A DNA stretch of 64,000 bases from Candidatus Uhrbacteria bacterium (GTDB lineage Bacteria; Patescibacteriota; Patescibacteriia; UBA9934; UBA10169). This document shows, one piece after another, positions 43,932-54,349 of the stretch (the first letter of the stretch is position 1; each line of letters begins with the position of its first letter). The notes under the pieces are model-generated. The model worked only from the letters and a program-made list of their open reading frames with translations, did no database searches and had not been told where the DNA came from. Position numbers and translations under genes: made by a program. Location: NCBI GenBank assembly GCA_016187485.1, contig JACPJO010000004.1:56306-120305 (forward strand). Reading direction: 5' to 3'.

Positions 43932-44366
43932 TTAAACGACTTGGCCGCCCGCGGCTTGTATTTTTTCGCGCGCGCTCGCGGAAACCGAACACCCTTTGAC
44001 CGTGAGGGCTTTCCCAAGTGCTCCCGTGGCAAGAATTTTGACATTCACAGCATTCGCGGGCACAAGTCCTTTTTCCTTGAGCACTTTTGGCGTCACCATC
44101 GCCCCTTCTTGAAATACTTGGGCAAGCTTCGTGAAGTTGACGACAGACGGTTTGGGAGTGAGGCTTCGGAATCCGCGCACTTTCGGCGTCGCCAAAATAA
44201 TGTGGCGCATACCGAGACGCTTAGTACCGCTTACGCCTGAGCGCGCCGTTTGTCCCTTCCCTCCGCGGCCAGAGTACGTCCCCTTAGAGCCAAGACCACG
44301 TCCAACGCGCTTTTTTCCTTTCCGCGCTCCTTTGGCGGGACGAAGGGTATGTAGTTGCAGAGCCAT
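43932..44366 (-). CDS. rplO: 50S ribosomal protein L15
   Basis: LRPAKGARKGKKRVGRGLGSKGTYSGRG. Confidence 0.9.
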   Translation of the reverse strand: MALQLHTLRPAKGARKGKKRVGRGLGSKGTYSGRGGKGQTARSGVSGTKRLGMRHIILATPKVRGFRSLTPKPSVVNFTKLAQVFQEGAMVTPKVLKEKGLVPANAVNVKILATGALGKALTVKGCSVSASAREKIQAAGGQVV

Positions 44367-44367
44367 A

Positions 44368-44982
44368 TTATTTGGTCTGTGTTTTCAATTGTCGCAGTCC
44401 GACAAGCGTCGCACGCGCAATATTCAATTTGTTGCCAGACCCCATGATTTTACTCACCGCATTTGGGACACCGGCCATTTCCAACACGACCCGGACCGCA
44501 CCGCCGGCTTTCAGTCCTGTTCCGGCTGGCGCGGGTTTCAAGAGCACAACCGCTGCGCGATATTTCGCCGACACCGCATGAGGGAACGTTCCTTCCTTAA
44601 GCGGGATCGTAAACACGTTGCGCTTCGCTTGACGATAGGCCTTTTCTACCGACATGGCCACATCCGCTCCTTTTGCTACCCCGACACCGACACGGCCCTT
44701 TTTATCGCCAATCACCAGCGTGGCGCGGAAACGCATGCGCTTTCCGCCAGCGGTCACGCGCGTCACGCGCGAGAGATCTAAAATCTTTTGATCAAATTCA
44801 CGCTGTTCGCGTTCACGTCGGGCACCGCCTGGACCACGACGGCCTCCTCGCCCGCCCCCGGCCCCGCCGCGTCCCGGCATACCTCGGCCGCGACGTTCTC
44901 CGTGCGGCTTTGTGTCTGTTCCTTTTTGTTCTTGTGTCGTCGGTTCCATATTAGAATTTGATTCCTCCGGCGCGCACGGCAT
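44368..44982 (-). CDS. rpsE: 30S ribosomal protein S5, with an Arg/Gly-rich N-terminal extension
   Basis: RVTRVTAGGKRMRFRATLVIGDKKGRVGVGVAKG... Confidence 0.9.
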   Translation of the reverse strand: MPCAPEESNSNMEPTTQEQKGTDTKPHGERRGRGMPGRGGAGGGRGGRRGPGGARREREQREFDQKILDLSRVTRVTAGGKRMRFRATLVIGDKKGRVGVGVAKGADVAMSVEKAYRQAKRNVFTIPLKEGTFPHAVSAKYRAAVVLLKPAPAGTGLKAGGAVRVVLEMAGVPNAVSKIMGSGNKLNIARATLVGLRQLKTQTK

Positions 44983-45313
44983 CCGCCAGAGCCTTCACGC
45001 GTCCATGATAACGATATGCGCCGCGGTCAAACACCGCCGTCGTAATCCCCTTTGCAAGGGCGAGCTTCCCTAGTTCTTCTCCAACCCATACCGCACGTTG
45101 GGTTTTTGTCTTTTTGTCCGTGTGCTTTCGGTCAGAAGCCGCACACAGGGTCTTTCCCGTGTCGTCATTAATCAGCTGCGCTTCAATATATTTAAGCGAA
45201 CGGAACACGCACAGACGCGGGTGTACCGCTGTACCATGCATGGCGGACCGTGTGCGACGCTGCCTAAGCGTGTGGTGCTTTTGCTTCAAAAGTGTAAGAC
45301 GGCGTGTAGTCAT
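44951..45313 (-). CDS. rplR: 50S ribosomal protein L18
   Basis: RLCVFRSLKYIEAQLINDDTGKTLCAAS...GAYRYHGRVKALADAVRAGG. Confidence 0.9.
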   Translation of the reverse strand: MTTRRLTLLKQKHHTLRQRRTRSAMHGTAVHPRLCVFRSLKYIEAQLINDDTGKTLCAASDRKHTDKKTKTQRAVWVGEELGKLALAKGITTAVFDRGAYRYHGRVKALADAVRAGGIKF

Positions 45314-45314
45314 A

Positions 45315-45869
45315 TTATTCGGCTGATTTGGCGGCCTTGCCCGCTTTACGACGGATCACTTCGTCCGTATATTTCATCCCCTTTCCTTTGTACGGTTCCG
45401 GTTTTTTGAGCGAGCGGAGATATGCCGTAAATTGGCCCACTTGTTCCTTGTCGGCTCCCGTTACCGTAATGATACCCTTTTCAACCGTCACGGTTAGACC
45501 TTCCGGGATCGGCACATCCACATCGTGTGAAAAACCAAGCGACAGCTGGATCTTTTTTCCCATCAGGGCCGCTTTGAATCCCACGCCAATCAACTCAAGT
45601 GACTTCGTGTATCCCGTACTGACGCCTGTCACCATGTTGCCGAGAAGCGCGCGGGTCGTCCCCCACAGCGGTGAAAGCTCGTGCGTGTCACCGTTCACCT
45701 CGACCACCAGTGCCTTCCCATTCCCCTCCTCTCCGATTTTCGGCAACATGGAAGCATGAACGTTTCGTGTAAGCGTTCCTTTGGGCCCCTTCACCGTCAC
45801 GTGTGTGCCATCAATCATGACCTCAACACCGGCAGGAAGGAGAATCGGTTTTTTTCCAACACGTGACAT
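45315..45869 (-). CDS. rplF: 50S ribosomal protein L6
   Basis: MSRVGKKPILLPAGVEV... Confidence 0.9.
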   Translation of the reverse strand: MSRVGKKPILLPAGVEVMIDGTHVTVKGPKGTLTRNVHASMLPKIGEEGNGKALVVEVNGDTHELSPLWGTTRALLGNMVTGVSTGYTKSLELIGVGFKAALMGKKIQLSLGFSHDVDVPIPEGLTVTVEKGIITVTGADKEQVGQFTAYLRSLKKPEPYKGKGMKYTDEVIRRKAGKAAKSAE

Positions 45870-45870
45870 A

Positions 45871-46263
45871 TTAGAAGATTTCACAAATCACTTCACCGCC
45901 CAAACGACGGGAGCGCGCTTCTTTATTCGTCATGATACCGCTTGAGGTAGAAACAATCGCAAAGCCAAACCCGGAAAGGACTCGTGGAAGTTCCGTTGCC
46001 TTGCGATACACGCGTGATCCAGGCGTGCTCACGCGGCGCAGAGACCGCAATCGCGGTTCCCCATCTTCGTATGCAAGCGTAAGAACAATCGAGCGTCCGA
46101 TGCCTTCTCCCACGACGTCCGCTTTCTTCACAAACCCTTCGGCGGCAAGAATTTTGGCAATTGCCCACTTCACATTGGAGTAGGGAACCGCCACCTCGGT
46201 TTTGTGAACCGCCGAGGCGTTGCGCAAGCGCGTCAACATGTCTGAAATTGGGTCGGTGATCAT
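45871..46263 (-). CDS. rpsH: 30S ribosomal protein S8
   Basis: MITDPISDMLTRLRNA... Confidence 0.9.
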   Translation of the reverse strand: MITDPISDMLTRLRNASAVHKTEVAVPYSNVKWAIAKILAAEGFVKKADVVGEGIGRSIVLTLAYEDGEPRLRSLRRVSTPGSRVYRKATELPRVLSGFGFAIVSTSSGIMTNKEARSRRLGGEVICEIF

Positions 46264-46265
46264 AT

Positions 46266-46451
46266 TTACCAGCTCGATTTTTTGAGGCCCGGGATCATTC
46301 CCGTGTTCGCTAATTCACGGAAGCAAATACGGCACAGGCGGAAGTCGCGCATGAATCCGCGAATACGTCCGCACCGCCAGCAACGGTGAATCTTGCGTGT
46401 GGAGAACTTGGGTTTTTTGTTCGCTTTCGCGACACGTGCTTTCGTAGCCAT
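46266..46451 (-). CDS. rpsZ: 30S ribosomal protein S14 type Z (zinc-binding)
   Basis: 61 aa with CxxC...CxxC: [27 protein letters not shown]. Confidence 0.9.
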   Translation of the reverse strand: MATKARVAKANKKPKFSTRKIHRCWRCGRIRGFMRDFRLCRICFRELANTGMIPGLKKSSW

Positions 46452-46454
46452 AGA

Positions 46455-47012
46455 TTAGGTGCGTTGGAAGGGGAATCCGAGAGCGCGCAAGAGTTTGACG
46501 CCCGCGTCATGCGTCTGCGCATCCGTCGTAATCGTGACTTGCAGGCCGTGCAGACTTTCAATCTCGTCAGACTTAATTTCCGGAAAAGCCGTGTGCTCGC
46601 GGAATCCGTACGAGAAGTTGCCGTGCGCATCCACACAGGAAAGCGGGATACCGCGGAAATCACGCACGCGGGGGAACGTCACCTCAACCAACTTATCCAG
46701 AAAATCCCACATCCGGCCGCCGCGAAGCGTTACCACCATCCCTACCACCATCCCCTCGCGGATTTTGAATCCAGCAATGGATTGGCGCGCAAGTGTTTTC
46801 ACCGGCTTCTGTCCCGTCACGCGAAGAAGGGTCTGCTCCACCACCTCCGCGATTTTCGAATCCTTACCGCTCTTTGCGTTGAGCCCCACATTCACCGTCA
46901 CCTTTGAAACAGACGGCACTTGGTGTGTATTCGAAAGCGCGAGCTCTTTTTGGAGCGCAGACTTCACCGTCTTCGTATAGAGTTCTTTCAGGCGTGTCAT
47001 ATTACGCAACAT
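46455..47012 (-). CDS. rplE: 50S ribosomal protein L5
   Basis: MTRLKELYTKTVKSALQKEL... Confidence 0.9.
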   Translation of the reverse strand: MLRNMTRLKELYTKTVKSALQKELALSNTHQVPSVSKVTVNVGLNAKSGKDSKIAEVVEQTLLRVTGQKPVKTLARQSIAGFKIREGMVVGMVVTLRGGRMWDFLDKLVEVTFPRVRDFRGIPLSCVDAHGNFSYGFREHTAFPEIKSDEIESLHGLQVTITTDAQTHDAGVKLLRALGFPFQRT

Positions 47013-47313
47013 CTTGTGTTTTTCCGGCTTTCCGCAGAACGCGCACCTTCACCGGTTTTCCGTCTTTTTGGATAAAACGGTAGCCCACACGGACCCCCTC
47101 GCCCTTAAGTTGGAGAGCGGAGAGCGCGAGCGGGGCGGGGAATTCGACAATTTGGCCGCGTACGCCTTTGCGATTGCGCAGGTGACGCTTGCGGATGTTA
47201 ATGCCTTCCACCACCGCACGACCAAGCTTGGGAAAGACTTGCAAAATCTTTCCTTCCTTCCCCTTATCTTTGCCGCTTCGTACGCGGACCATGTCGCCCG
47301 TTTTCAGTTTCAT
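47002..47313 (-). CDS. rplX: 50S ribosomal protein L24
   Basis: MKLKTGDMVRVRSGKDKGKEGKIL. ATG at 47313. The track ORF extends further upstream. Confidence 0.88.
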   Translation of the reverse strand: MKLKTGDMVRVRSGKDKGKEGKILQVFPKLGRAVVEGINIRKRHLRNRKGVRGQIVEFPAPLALSALQLKGEGVRVGYRFIQKDGKPVKVRVLRKAGKTQDVA

Positions 47314-47314
47314 A

Positions 47315-47686
47315 TTAGAGAACTTCGGGAGCAAGAGAAAGAATTTTCGTAAACCCGCCAGCGCGGAGTTCGCGGGCCACGGGGCCGAAAATGCGCGTAC
47401 CCTTTGGCTCCTTTGTCTTTTTATCGACAACCACCGCCGCATTTTCATCAAAGCGAATATAGGTCCCGTCCGGACGGCGCACTTCTTTGCGTGAACGCAC
47501 CAGCACGGCGTGCACGACATCGCTTTTCTTTACGAGTCCACGCGGAGCGGCATCTTTTACCACACACGTCATGATCTCCCCCAAACGGCTGTAATGTTTT
47601 TTGTACCCGCCAAGAACACGAATCACTTGCAATCTCTTGGCTCCGGAATTGTCTGCCACGGCAAGCATGGCGCGATGTTGAACCAT
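47315..47686 (-). CDS. rplN: 50S ribosomal protein L14
   Basis: [27 protein letters not shown]. Confidence 0.9.
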   Translation of the reverse strand: MVQHRAMLAVADNSGAKRLQVIRVLGGYKKHYSRLGEIMTCVVKDAAPRGLVKKSDVVHAVLVRSRKEVRRPDGTYIRFDENAAVVVDKKTKEPKGTRIFGPVARELRAGGFTKILSLAPEVL

Positions 47687-47687
47687 A

Positions 47688-47945
47688 TTAGGATTTCGTC
47701 ACTTTTTCCACAACGCGCCAGCGCTTCGTACGCGACATGGGCCGACACGTTTCAAAGAGCACCACATCCCCCACGGCAAAGACACCCGCTTCGTTGTGAA
47801 CAGCGTAGCGTTTCTGACGCTTCATGCGCTTGCCATACTTGGGATGCACAAGTGTGCGTTCCACCACAACAATAAGCGTCTTGGCAGGAGCTACCGAAGC
47901 TACTGTACCGGTCATGCGGCGTGTGATTGGGGAAGAGTTGGTCAT
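47688..47945 (-). CDS. rpsQ: 30S ribosomal protein S17
   Basis: [31 protein letters not shown]. Confidence 0.9.
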   Translation of the reverse strand: MTNSSPITRRMTGTVASVAPAKTLIVVVERTLVHPKYGKRMKRQKRYAVHNEAGVFAVGDVVLFETCRPMSRTKRWRVVEKVTKS

Positions 47946-48127
47946 ACGTTATGGGTGCGAAGAGCTGTTTCCAGTTGCGCAATCTCCTTTTTAAGCGCGC
48001 GCATTTCGCGCACGTCTTTGCGCTGTCCGACCGCGCATTCATAGCGCATCGCGGCATGCGCGTTGCGCGCACGGGCGATATGCTCCATGATCTCGGTTTT
48101 GGATTGTGGGATAGTGAGCTTTTTCAT
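47942..48127 (-). CDS. rpmC: 50S ribosomal protein L29
   Basis: 61 aa. Conserved position between rplP and rpsQ. Confidence 0.85.
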   Translation of the reverse strand: MKKLTIPQSKTEIMEHIARARNAHAAMRYECAVGQRKDVREMRALKKEIAQLETALRTHNV

Positions 48128-48130
48128 ACG

Positions 48131-48553
48131 TTACGCGCGAAGCGTTTTCGTCACCACCCGAGCGGTGAGAGGCAGTTTATACGCGGCAAGCGACAGCGCT
48201 TGGCGCGCCACCTCTTCCGTGATGCCGTCCATCTCAAACAGAATAGTGCCTGGGCGCACAATCACCACAAAGTGGTCCACAGCTCCCTTCCCTTTTCCCA
48301 TCGGCATTTCCGAACCTTTTGTGGTAATAGGATGATCGGGAAACACGCGGATCCACACCTTACCTCCGCGTTTGATAGAGCGTGTCATGGCGCGGCGGGC
48401 TGCTTCAATCTGGCGCGAGGTCACAAAGGATTCGCTGGTTGCCTTAAGACCGAAGGAACCAAAAGCCAGACGCGTCTTTTGTGAAGCCATGCGCTTCCCA
48501 AGACCGCGTCCTTTCTGCCACTTTCGATGTTTGACTTTCTTTGGCATCAACAT
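48131..48553 (-). CDS. rplP: 50S ribosomal protein L16
   Basis: [16 protein letters not shown]. Confidence 0.9.
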   Translation of the reverse strand: MLMPKKVKHRKWQKGRGLGKRMASQKTRLAFGSFGLKATSESFVTSRQIEAARRAMTRSIKRGGKVWIRVFPDHPITTKGSEMPMGKGKGAVDHFVVIVRPGTILFEMDGITEEVARQALSLAAYKLPLTARVVTKTLRA

Positions 48554-48555
48554 AC

Positions 48556-49218
48556 TTAGGTGGTTTTCTCTTCGGGTTTCCGATCAAAGACTTCCCCACG
48601 ATAAATCCACACACGCACCCCGATCGTTCCAAAAATGGTAAAGGCGGGCACGTGGGCAAAATCAATATCGGCGCGGAGATTCTGCAGAGGCACTTTTCCG
48701 CTTGTAAGTTTTTCGCGGCGCGCAATTTCCGCACCATTCAACCGGCCCGACACAATAATCTTGACTCCTTCGGCGCCGGCTTTCATGACACGATCAATGG
48801 CTCCCTTCATGCACGTGCGAAACGGCATGCGGCGTTCAAGTTCGGTGGCAATCTGCTGCCCCACGATACGCGCAGAAAGCATGGGACGAGTAACTTCCTT
48901 CACGTTCAGCGCAAGGTGTATGCGTTTGCCGGGAAAGAGGGCGCGCATAAGCTTCTTGCGCAGATCCTCGATACCTGCTCCCGCACGACCAATAATAAAC
49001 CCGGGTTTCGCGGCCACAATCGTGACATGGATCTGTTGAAGAGAGCGTTCAATCCGAATGTGATCTACCCCAGCCTCTTTCAAGTTCTTTTCCAAGAACG
49101 CGCGAATGTTATGATCTTCCTGCAAAAGGCGCGGGAATTCTTTTTTCGAAAACCACAAGGAGTCCCATGTGCGAATCGTGGAGAGGCGGAAAGCTTTTGG
49201 ATGAACTTTTGTTCCCAT
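48556..49218 (-). CDS. rpsC: 30S ribosomal protein S3
   Basis: [23 protein letters not shown]. Confidence 0.9.
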   Translation of the reverse strand: MGTKVHPKAFRLSTIRTWDSLWFSKKEFPRLLQEDHNIRAFLEKNLKEAGVDHIRIERSLQQIHVTIVAAKPGFIIGRAGAGIEDLRKKLMRALFPGKRIHLALNVKEVTRPMLSARIVGQQIATELERRMPFRTCMKGAIDRVMKAGAEGVKIIVSGRLNGAEIARREKLTSGKVPLQNLRADIDFAHVPAFTIFGTIGVRVWIYRGEVFDRKPEEKTT

Positions 49219-49223
49219 AGGAT

Positions 49224-49568
49224 TTAGTGTTTTGCAGGGCGTTCGCCAAGCACAAGAGTAATGTGACTTGTACGCTTGCGGATTGGTGCCGCCCGACCTT
49301 GCGCCCGTGGGCGGTAGCGGTATAACACCGGGCCGCCGTCTACACGCAAAGAGATAATCGAAAGCCCCTCGCCAGAATGCTGAAAGTTGTTCTTTGCATT
49401 GGCCACTGCCGAACGCAAGAGCTTCAGCACAACGGAAGCTGCCGCTTTGTTGAGAAGCTGGAGCTGACGATCCGCGCGCGCAGTGTTCATGCCCCGCACA
49501 AGCCCCGTCACAAGACGGACCTTTCGCGGAGACATGCGTACGCTGTTGGCTTTTGCAAAAAATTCCAT
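49224..49568 (-). CDS. rplV: 50S ribosomal protein L22
   Basis: MEFFAKANSVRMSPRKVRLVTGLVRG. The track ORF extends to 49775. Confidence 0.88.
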   Translation of the reverse strand: MEFFAKANSVRMSPRKVRLVTGLVRGMNTARADRQLQLLNKAAASVVLKLLRSAVANAKNNFQHSGEGLSIISLRVDGGPVLYRYRPRAQGRAAPIRKRTSHITLVLGERPAKH

Positions 49569-49569
49569 A

Positions 49570-49905
49570 TTATTTCTTTGGAGAAGCGGCAGGGGCCGGC
49601 GCGGCGGCAGCTGCAGCGCCCTCTGCTCCCTCTTCGATCGCCTTCTGCATCTTTCCTCCGTGGCGCACGAACTTACGTGTCGGAGAAAACTCCCCCAACC
49701 GGTGTCCCACCATATTCTCCACGACCCGCACAGGAATATGGTCTTTGCCGTTGTGCACACCAATCGTGAAACCAACCATTTCAGGCGTTACCATACTTGC
49801 TCGCGACCATGTCTTTATCACCGTTTTATCGCCGGGTTTCAATGCCTGAACACGCGCAAGCAGTTTTGCGTCTACAAAGGGTCCTTTTTTAAGCGATCGT
49901 GACAT
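49570..49905 (-). CDS. rpsS: 30S ribosomal protein S19, with an Ala/Pro-rich C-terminal tail
   Basis: [16 protein letters not shown]... Confidence 0.9.
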   Translation of the reverse strand: MSRSLKKGPFVDAKLLARVQALKPGDKTVIKTWSRASMVTPEMVGFTIGVHNGKDHIPVRVVENMVGHRLGEFSPTRKFVRHGGKMQKAIEEGAEGAAAAAAPAPAASPKK

Positions 49906-49907
49906 AG

Positions 49908-50747
49908 TTAGCGCTTTGCCGTTTTACGGCGAGACAAGATAAAGATATCTGAGGACTTTTTCCGACGCGTCTTCACACCCAATGCCGGTTTGCCCGTTGG
50001 GGTCTTTGGATGTTTCAGACCAATGGAGTTGCGGCCTTCTCCTCCTCCGTGTGGGTGATCAACCGGGTTCATGGCTTTTCCACGCACCGTCGGACGGATG
50101 CCGCGGTGGCGCATGCGCCCTGCCTTTCCCCAGCGAATCAAACGATAGTCCGGATTGGACACTGCGCCCACTGTGGCCATGCACCCCTTCGAGAGCAGGC
50201 GTACCTCACCGGACTGAAGACGTACGGTTGCCATCTCTCCTTCCACTGCCACCACTTGCGCCGATGTGCCTGCAGAACGCACCATGCGCCCTCCCTGTCC
50301 GGGAGAGAGTTCTATATCATGAATGGGCATACCCACCGGAATGACGGAGAGGGGGAAACGATTCCCCTCGACAATTTCGCCGCGCTCTTTGGAAGCGACG
50401 ATCATCGCGCCAACCCGTGCGTGCTCGGGAGCAATGCTGTAGCGTTTCTCACCATCACGATAGATAAGCAACATCAAACGCGCACCACGGTTCGGATCAT
50501 ATTCAATCGCGGCAATACGCGCGGGCACGTTAAACTTCTCGCGCTTGTAGTCTACGTCGCGCAAGAATCGCGCTTCCCCACCTCCGCGATGGCGTACCGT
50601 AATGCGCCCGTGGTTTGCACGCCCCGCATGCTGTTTACGCACGCGCAGAAGCGACTTCTCTGGTTCGAATTTCGTCAGGTCGGCAAAAGCATCTACCGAA
50701 GAGATGCGGCGGCCGGCACTGGTTGGTTTGTAGCGTTTGACGGGCAT
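49908..50747 (-). CDS. rplB: 50S ribosomal protein L2
   Basis: [14 protein letters not shown]...[16 protein letters not shown]. Confidence 0.92.
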   Translation of the reverse strand: MPVKRYKPTSAGRRISSVDAFADLTKFEPEKSLLRVRKQHAGRANHGRITVRHRGGGEARFLRDVDYKREKFNVPARIAAIEYDPNRGARLMLLIYRDGEKRYSIAPEHARVGAMIVASKERGEIVEGNRFPLSVIPVGMPIHDIELSPGQGGRMVRSAGTSAQVVAVEGEMATVRLQSGEVRLLSKGCMATVGAVSNPDYRLIRWGKAGRMRHRGIRPTVRGKAMNPVDHPHGGGEGRNSIGLKHPKTPTGKPALGVKTRRKKSSDIFILSRRKTAKR

Positions 50748-50755
50748 AGGAAAAA

Positions 50756-51133
50756 TTACACGCCTTCGTAGACATCAATACGTGATCCGTGAGGAAGCGT
50801 CACGAGCGCCTTTTTACGCGCGCGCGTCGTGCCAAAGGAGCGGCCAAAACGGACTTGCCGGGGAACAACACGCGCGATGTGCACCGAAACGGGGCGGATG
50901 CCGTAGAGGGCAAAGATTGCTTTTCCAATTTCCACGCGTGTAGCACTCTTTGCGACCTCGAACACATACGTTCCCGTGGACGCAAGCCGTGAAGCCTTTT
51001 CGCTCACCCAGGGACGCCGAATAATCACGGTAGCCGCTGCCTTCAAGACATCAGAAGCCGGCGCGCGCTTTTCTGCACGTGGTGGCGTTTCCTTTTTTTC
51101 TTTTCGGCGATTAAGAAGCCCCATAGGATGCAA
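50756..51133 (-). CDS. rplW: 50S ribosomal protein L23, with an N-terminal basic extension
   Basis: VIIRRPWVSEKASRLASTGTYVFEVAKSATRVEIGKAIFALYGIRPVSV. Confidence 0.85.
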   Translation of the reverse strand: MHPMGLLNRRKEKKETPPRAEKRAPASDVLKAAATVIIRRPWVSEKASRLASTGTYVFEVAKSATRVEIGKAIFALYGIRPVSVHIARVVPRQVRFGRSFGTTRARKKALVTLPHGSRIDVYEGV

Positions 51134-51755
51134 AAAGTGTCTTCATGGTTTCGAGTGCAGAAGAAGACGTGACGAGGCGGCCGGCCTTCAAGACTTCCTC
51201 CACGTTAAGCGCGTTCGCCGGAATCACTTCCACGCCAGAGAGGTTACGCGCCGCGCGTGACACAAGACGATTCTTGGGCTCCACGACCAGAAGCGTGCGG
51301 CGACCTGCCTGTGGAAGCACGGCAAGCATATTGGACACCTGGCGGGTTTTTCCTTCGGGAAATTCCAGAGAATCTACCGCCACGAGCCGTTCAGTCGAGA
51401 GCAGATCCGAAAGAGCCATCGCGAGTGCCTTCTGACGCAACTTGCGGTTTACCTTCACATCAAAAACACGGGTTTTGCGCGGGCCAAAAACTACGCCACC
51501 GCCCTTCCACTGCGGGGAACGGATGGAGCCCTGGCGTGCGCGACCGGTTCCTTTTTGCTTCCACGGCTTTCTCCCACCCCCGCGCACTTCGCCGCGTGTT
51601 TTCGTGTGTGCAAGCACCGCACGGCGGTTTGTCTGTTGCGCTGTCACGACTTCATAGAGCACGTTGGGATCAGCAGGCACGCTAAAAAGTTTTGCGGGAA
51701 GCTCTAGCGTTCCAACGGTCTCACCTTTTTGATTGTAGAGAGAAGTCGTTGCCAT
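51111..51755 (-). CDS. rplD: 50S ribosomal protein L4
   Basis: Conserved L4 fold and position. Overlaps the rplW start by about 20 nt. Confidence 0.9.
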   Translation of the reverse strand: MATTSLYNQKGETVGTLELPAKLFSVPADPNVLYEVVTAQQTNRRAVLAHTKTRGEVRGGGRKPWKQKGTGRARQGSIRSPQWKGGGVVFGPRKTRVFDVKVNRKLRQKALAMALSDLLSTERLVAVDSLEFPEGKTRQVSNMLAVLPQAGRRTLLVVEPKNRLVSRAARNLSGVEVIPANALNVEEVLKAGRLVTSSSALETMKTLFASYGAS

Positions 51756-51756
51756 A

Positions 51757-52383
51757 TTAGTTCCACACAGACCCTGTCACGTTGGCTCGAATAAACAAAA
51801 CGCCGCCTCGTGCTCCGGGAATCGCGCCGCGAATAGCCAGCGTGTTACGCTCGGGGTCAATAGAGACGACTTTCAAGTTTTTCACGGTGACACGCTCATC
51901 CCCCATGTGCCCCGCCATACGCATATCTTTGAACACGCGTTGCGGCCCTTGCGCACCCACGGATCCAGATTTGCGAACTTGGTCTTTGGTACCGTGCGTG
52001 GTGTTGTGCCCGTGAAACCCATGTCGCTTCACTACTCCAGCAAAGCCACGGCCTTTGGATGTTCCCGTAACATCAACGACATCCCCCACGGTAAACTCCC
52101 CGACAGTCCAGATATCACCCGTCTTCACGCCGTCCACAGAAACCACGCGAGCCTCACGCGTGAGACGCACCGGCCCCAATTGTTTCGCGCGAGCTTCTTG
52201 CGGTTTGTTAATCGTGCGCGTCGTTCCAAATCCAATCTGGACCGCATTGTAGCCATCCTTATCTTCCGTGCGAACATCGGTCACGACGCACGGCCCCGCC
52301 TCGATATAGGTGACAGGCACCACAACACCATCGTCTGTGAAGATCTGCGACATGCCCAATTTTTTGCCAATGAGGAATTTCAT
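51757..52383 (-). CDS. rplC: 50S ribosomal protein L3
   Basis: MKFLIGKKLGMSQIFTDDG. Confidence 0.9.
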   Translation of the reverse strand: MKFLIGKKLGMSQIFTDDGVVVPVTYIEAGPCVVTDVRTEDKDGYNAVQIGFGTTRTINKPQEARAKQLGPVRLTREARVVSVDGVKTGDIWTVGEFTVGDVVDVTGTSKGRGFAGVVKRHGFHGHNTTHGTKDQVRKSGSVGAQGPQRVFKDMRMAGHMGDERVTVKNLKVVSIDPERNTLAIRGAIPGARGGVLFIRANVTGSVWN

Positions 52384-52629
52384 ACGGTATAGAAAAACCA
52401 GAAGTTTGGATACGTCCTATGCCGTAGACAAACTTCTAGTTTCCAATACGCGACACACTTACACGTCTGGAGAATGTTGTTTGAATGAAACGTTGAACGT
52501 ATGTACTCTTGGGGGAAGCGCATGAAGGTTATCGCAGGGGATTATCTGACATCGCGCGAACTTTCTTCACGGTTCTCAAGAGTATCTGACTCTCGACCAA
52601 GCCCGTACAAAATTTTTTGTAGGGCGACA
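52384..52629 (-). promoter_or_regulatory. AT-rich 245-nt structured non-coding spacer between rpsJ and rplC. Candidate cis-regulatory RNA (ribosomal-protein leader/attenuator) or small RNA
   Basis: Much lower GC than the flanks. Near-palindrome CCGTACAAAATTTTTTGTAGGG directly 3' of the rpsJ stop. Inverted repeat CAGAAGTTTG...CAAACTTCTAG. Long-range complement TACTCTTG...CAAGAGTA. Confidence 0.4.
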
Positions 52630-52971
52630 CTACATTTTGATCTCTACATCCACCCCGGCAGGAAGATTGAGACTCATAAGCGCGTCCATCGTGCGCTCGG
52701 TGGGACTCAATATATCTACCAGTCGCTTGTGAATACGGATCTCGTACTGCTCACGACTGTCCTTGTGCACAAATGTTGACCGGTTTGTCGTGTATTTCCG
52801 CTTCTCGGTAGGAAGCGGAATAGGACCTACCACCAAAGCATCCGAGCGTTCGGCCGCTTTTATTATGGTTCCCGTCGCCTGATCTATGATCTTATGATCA
52901 TAGGCACGGATCTTGATGCGGATCCGCTGTTTTCCGGCTTCGGCAGACTTTTGATCAACGTCTTTGGACAC
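52630..52971 (-). CDS. rpsJ: 30S ribosomal protein S10
   Basis: [41 protein letters not shown]. Confidence 0.9.
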   Translation of the reverse strand: MSKDVDQKSAEAGKQRIRIKIRAYDHKIIDQATGTIIKAAERSDALVVGPIPLPTEKRKYTTNRSTFVHKDSREQYEIRIHKRLVDILSPTERTMDALMSLNLPAGVDVEIKM

Positions 52972-53043
52972 AGAAGAACGATTCCCGTCATCGGCGGGCG
53001 GAGAGAGCGGTTCCCGCTCCCCGTCGCCCGCTGATCACGCAGG

Positions 53044-54237
53044 TTATTTACTTATTTTTACAATGACCCCCGCTCCCACTGTGTGTCCTCCTTCACGAAT
53101 GGCGAAGCGCTGCTTCTCTTCAAGAGCAACCGGGATGATGAGTTTCACTTGGCAGTTCACCGTGTCTCCGGGCATCACCATCTCCGTTCCGGCAGGAAGT
53201 TCAATCTCTCCCGTCACATCGGTCGTACGAATGTAGAACTGCGGCTTATACCCCTTGAAGAATGGCTTGTGGCGTCCCCCTTCCTCTTTCGTGAGGGCGT
53301 AGATCTCGGCCTCAAATTCCGTGTGGGGCGTCACCGAACCAGGCTTCGCAAGCACCATACCACGTTCCACCTCTTCCTTTTTAACACCGCGAAGGAGCAC
53401 GCCGGCGTTATCCCCTGCGCGACCCTCGTCGAGCGTCTTGTTAAACATTTCAATTCCTGTCACGACAGTCTTCATGGTTTCTTCGCGTAGCCCAACCAAT
53501 TCACCTTCCTCACCCACCTTCACGATACCGCGCTCGATGCGGCCCGTCACCACGGTGCCACGACCTTCAATCGAGAAAACATCTTCCACCGGCATGAGGA
53601 ACGGACGATCCGTCTCACGTACAGGCTCGGGGATGTATTCGTCGAGCGTCTTTAAGAGATCAAGAACCGGTTTGGCGGCCGCTTCGTCCGTGGGGTTCTG
53701 AAGCGCCTTCAAAGCGGAGCCGCGGATGATGGGCGTTTCGTCGCCGGGGAATTCGTATTTCTTCAAAAGGTCGCGAATTTCTTCCTCGACCAAATCGATG
53801 AGTTCCGGATCATCCACGGTGTCTACCTTGTTCAAGAACACGACAATGCGCGGCACGCCCACCTGGCGCGCTAGAAGAATGTGCTCACGCGTTTGCGGCA
53901 TGGGACCGTCGGCGGCAGAGACTACCAAAACAGCGCCGTCCATCTGGGCTGCTCCTGTGATCATGTTCTTTACGTAGTCAGCATGTCCGGGACAATCCAC
54001 GTGGGCGTAGTGGCGTGCCGTCGTTTCATACTCCGTATGCGCGGTGGCAATGGTAATTCCACGAGACTTGGACTCTGGAGCTTTGTCCAGATCGTCCACG
54101 CCCTTCTTCTGAGCTATAAGACCATGCGAACTGGCCACGGCAAGGATGGCCGCCGTAAGCGTCGTTTTTCCATGGTCCACGTGTCCAATGGTACCCACGT
54201 TTACGTGCGGTTTTGTTCGTTCAAACGTTCCGGCCAT
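53044..54237 (-). CDS. tuf: Elongation factor Tu
   Basis: [14 protein letters not shown]... Confidence 0.95.
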   Translation of the reverse strand: MAGTFERTKPHVNVGTIGHVDHGKTTLTAAILAVASSHGLIAQKKGVDDLDKAPESKSRGITIATAHTEYETTARHYAHVDCPGHADYVKNMITGAAQMDGAVLVVSAADGPMPQTREHILLARQVGVPRIVVFLNKVDTVDDPELIDLVEEEIRDLLKKYEFPGDETPIIRGSALKALQNPTDEAAAKPVLDLLKTLDEYIPEPVRETDRPFLMPVEDVFSIEGRGTVVTGRIERGIVKVGEEGELVGLREETMKTVVTGIEMFNKTLDEGRAGDNAGVLLRGVKKEEVERGMVLAKPGSVTPHTEFEAEIYALTKEEGGRHKPFFKGYKPQFYIRTTDVTGEIELPAGTEMVMPGDTVNCQVKLIIPVALEEKQRFAIREGGHTVGAGVIVKISK

Positions 54238-54349
54238 AATTTGGCTTTATTGAGCGACCCCAGAGGAGCGCCAATGATTAAAATTAAGTGAGTTTACAAT
54301 AATGTGGCGCCAGTATAACACAGGTCAGATTCCTTGCAAGAGGCCACCC

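Noticed and set aside
49560-49625. Apparent 1-nt offsets between my base counting and track coordinates near rplV/rpsS, and at a few other gene starts
   Set aside because: Most likely my own indexing slips in homopolymer runs. The track ORFs are in frame, so this is not treated as a frameshift or pseudogene.
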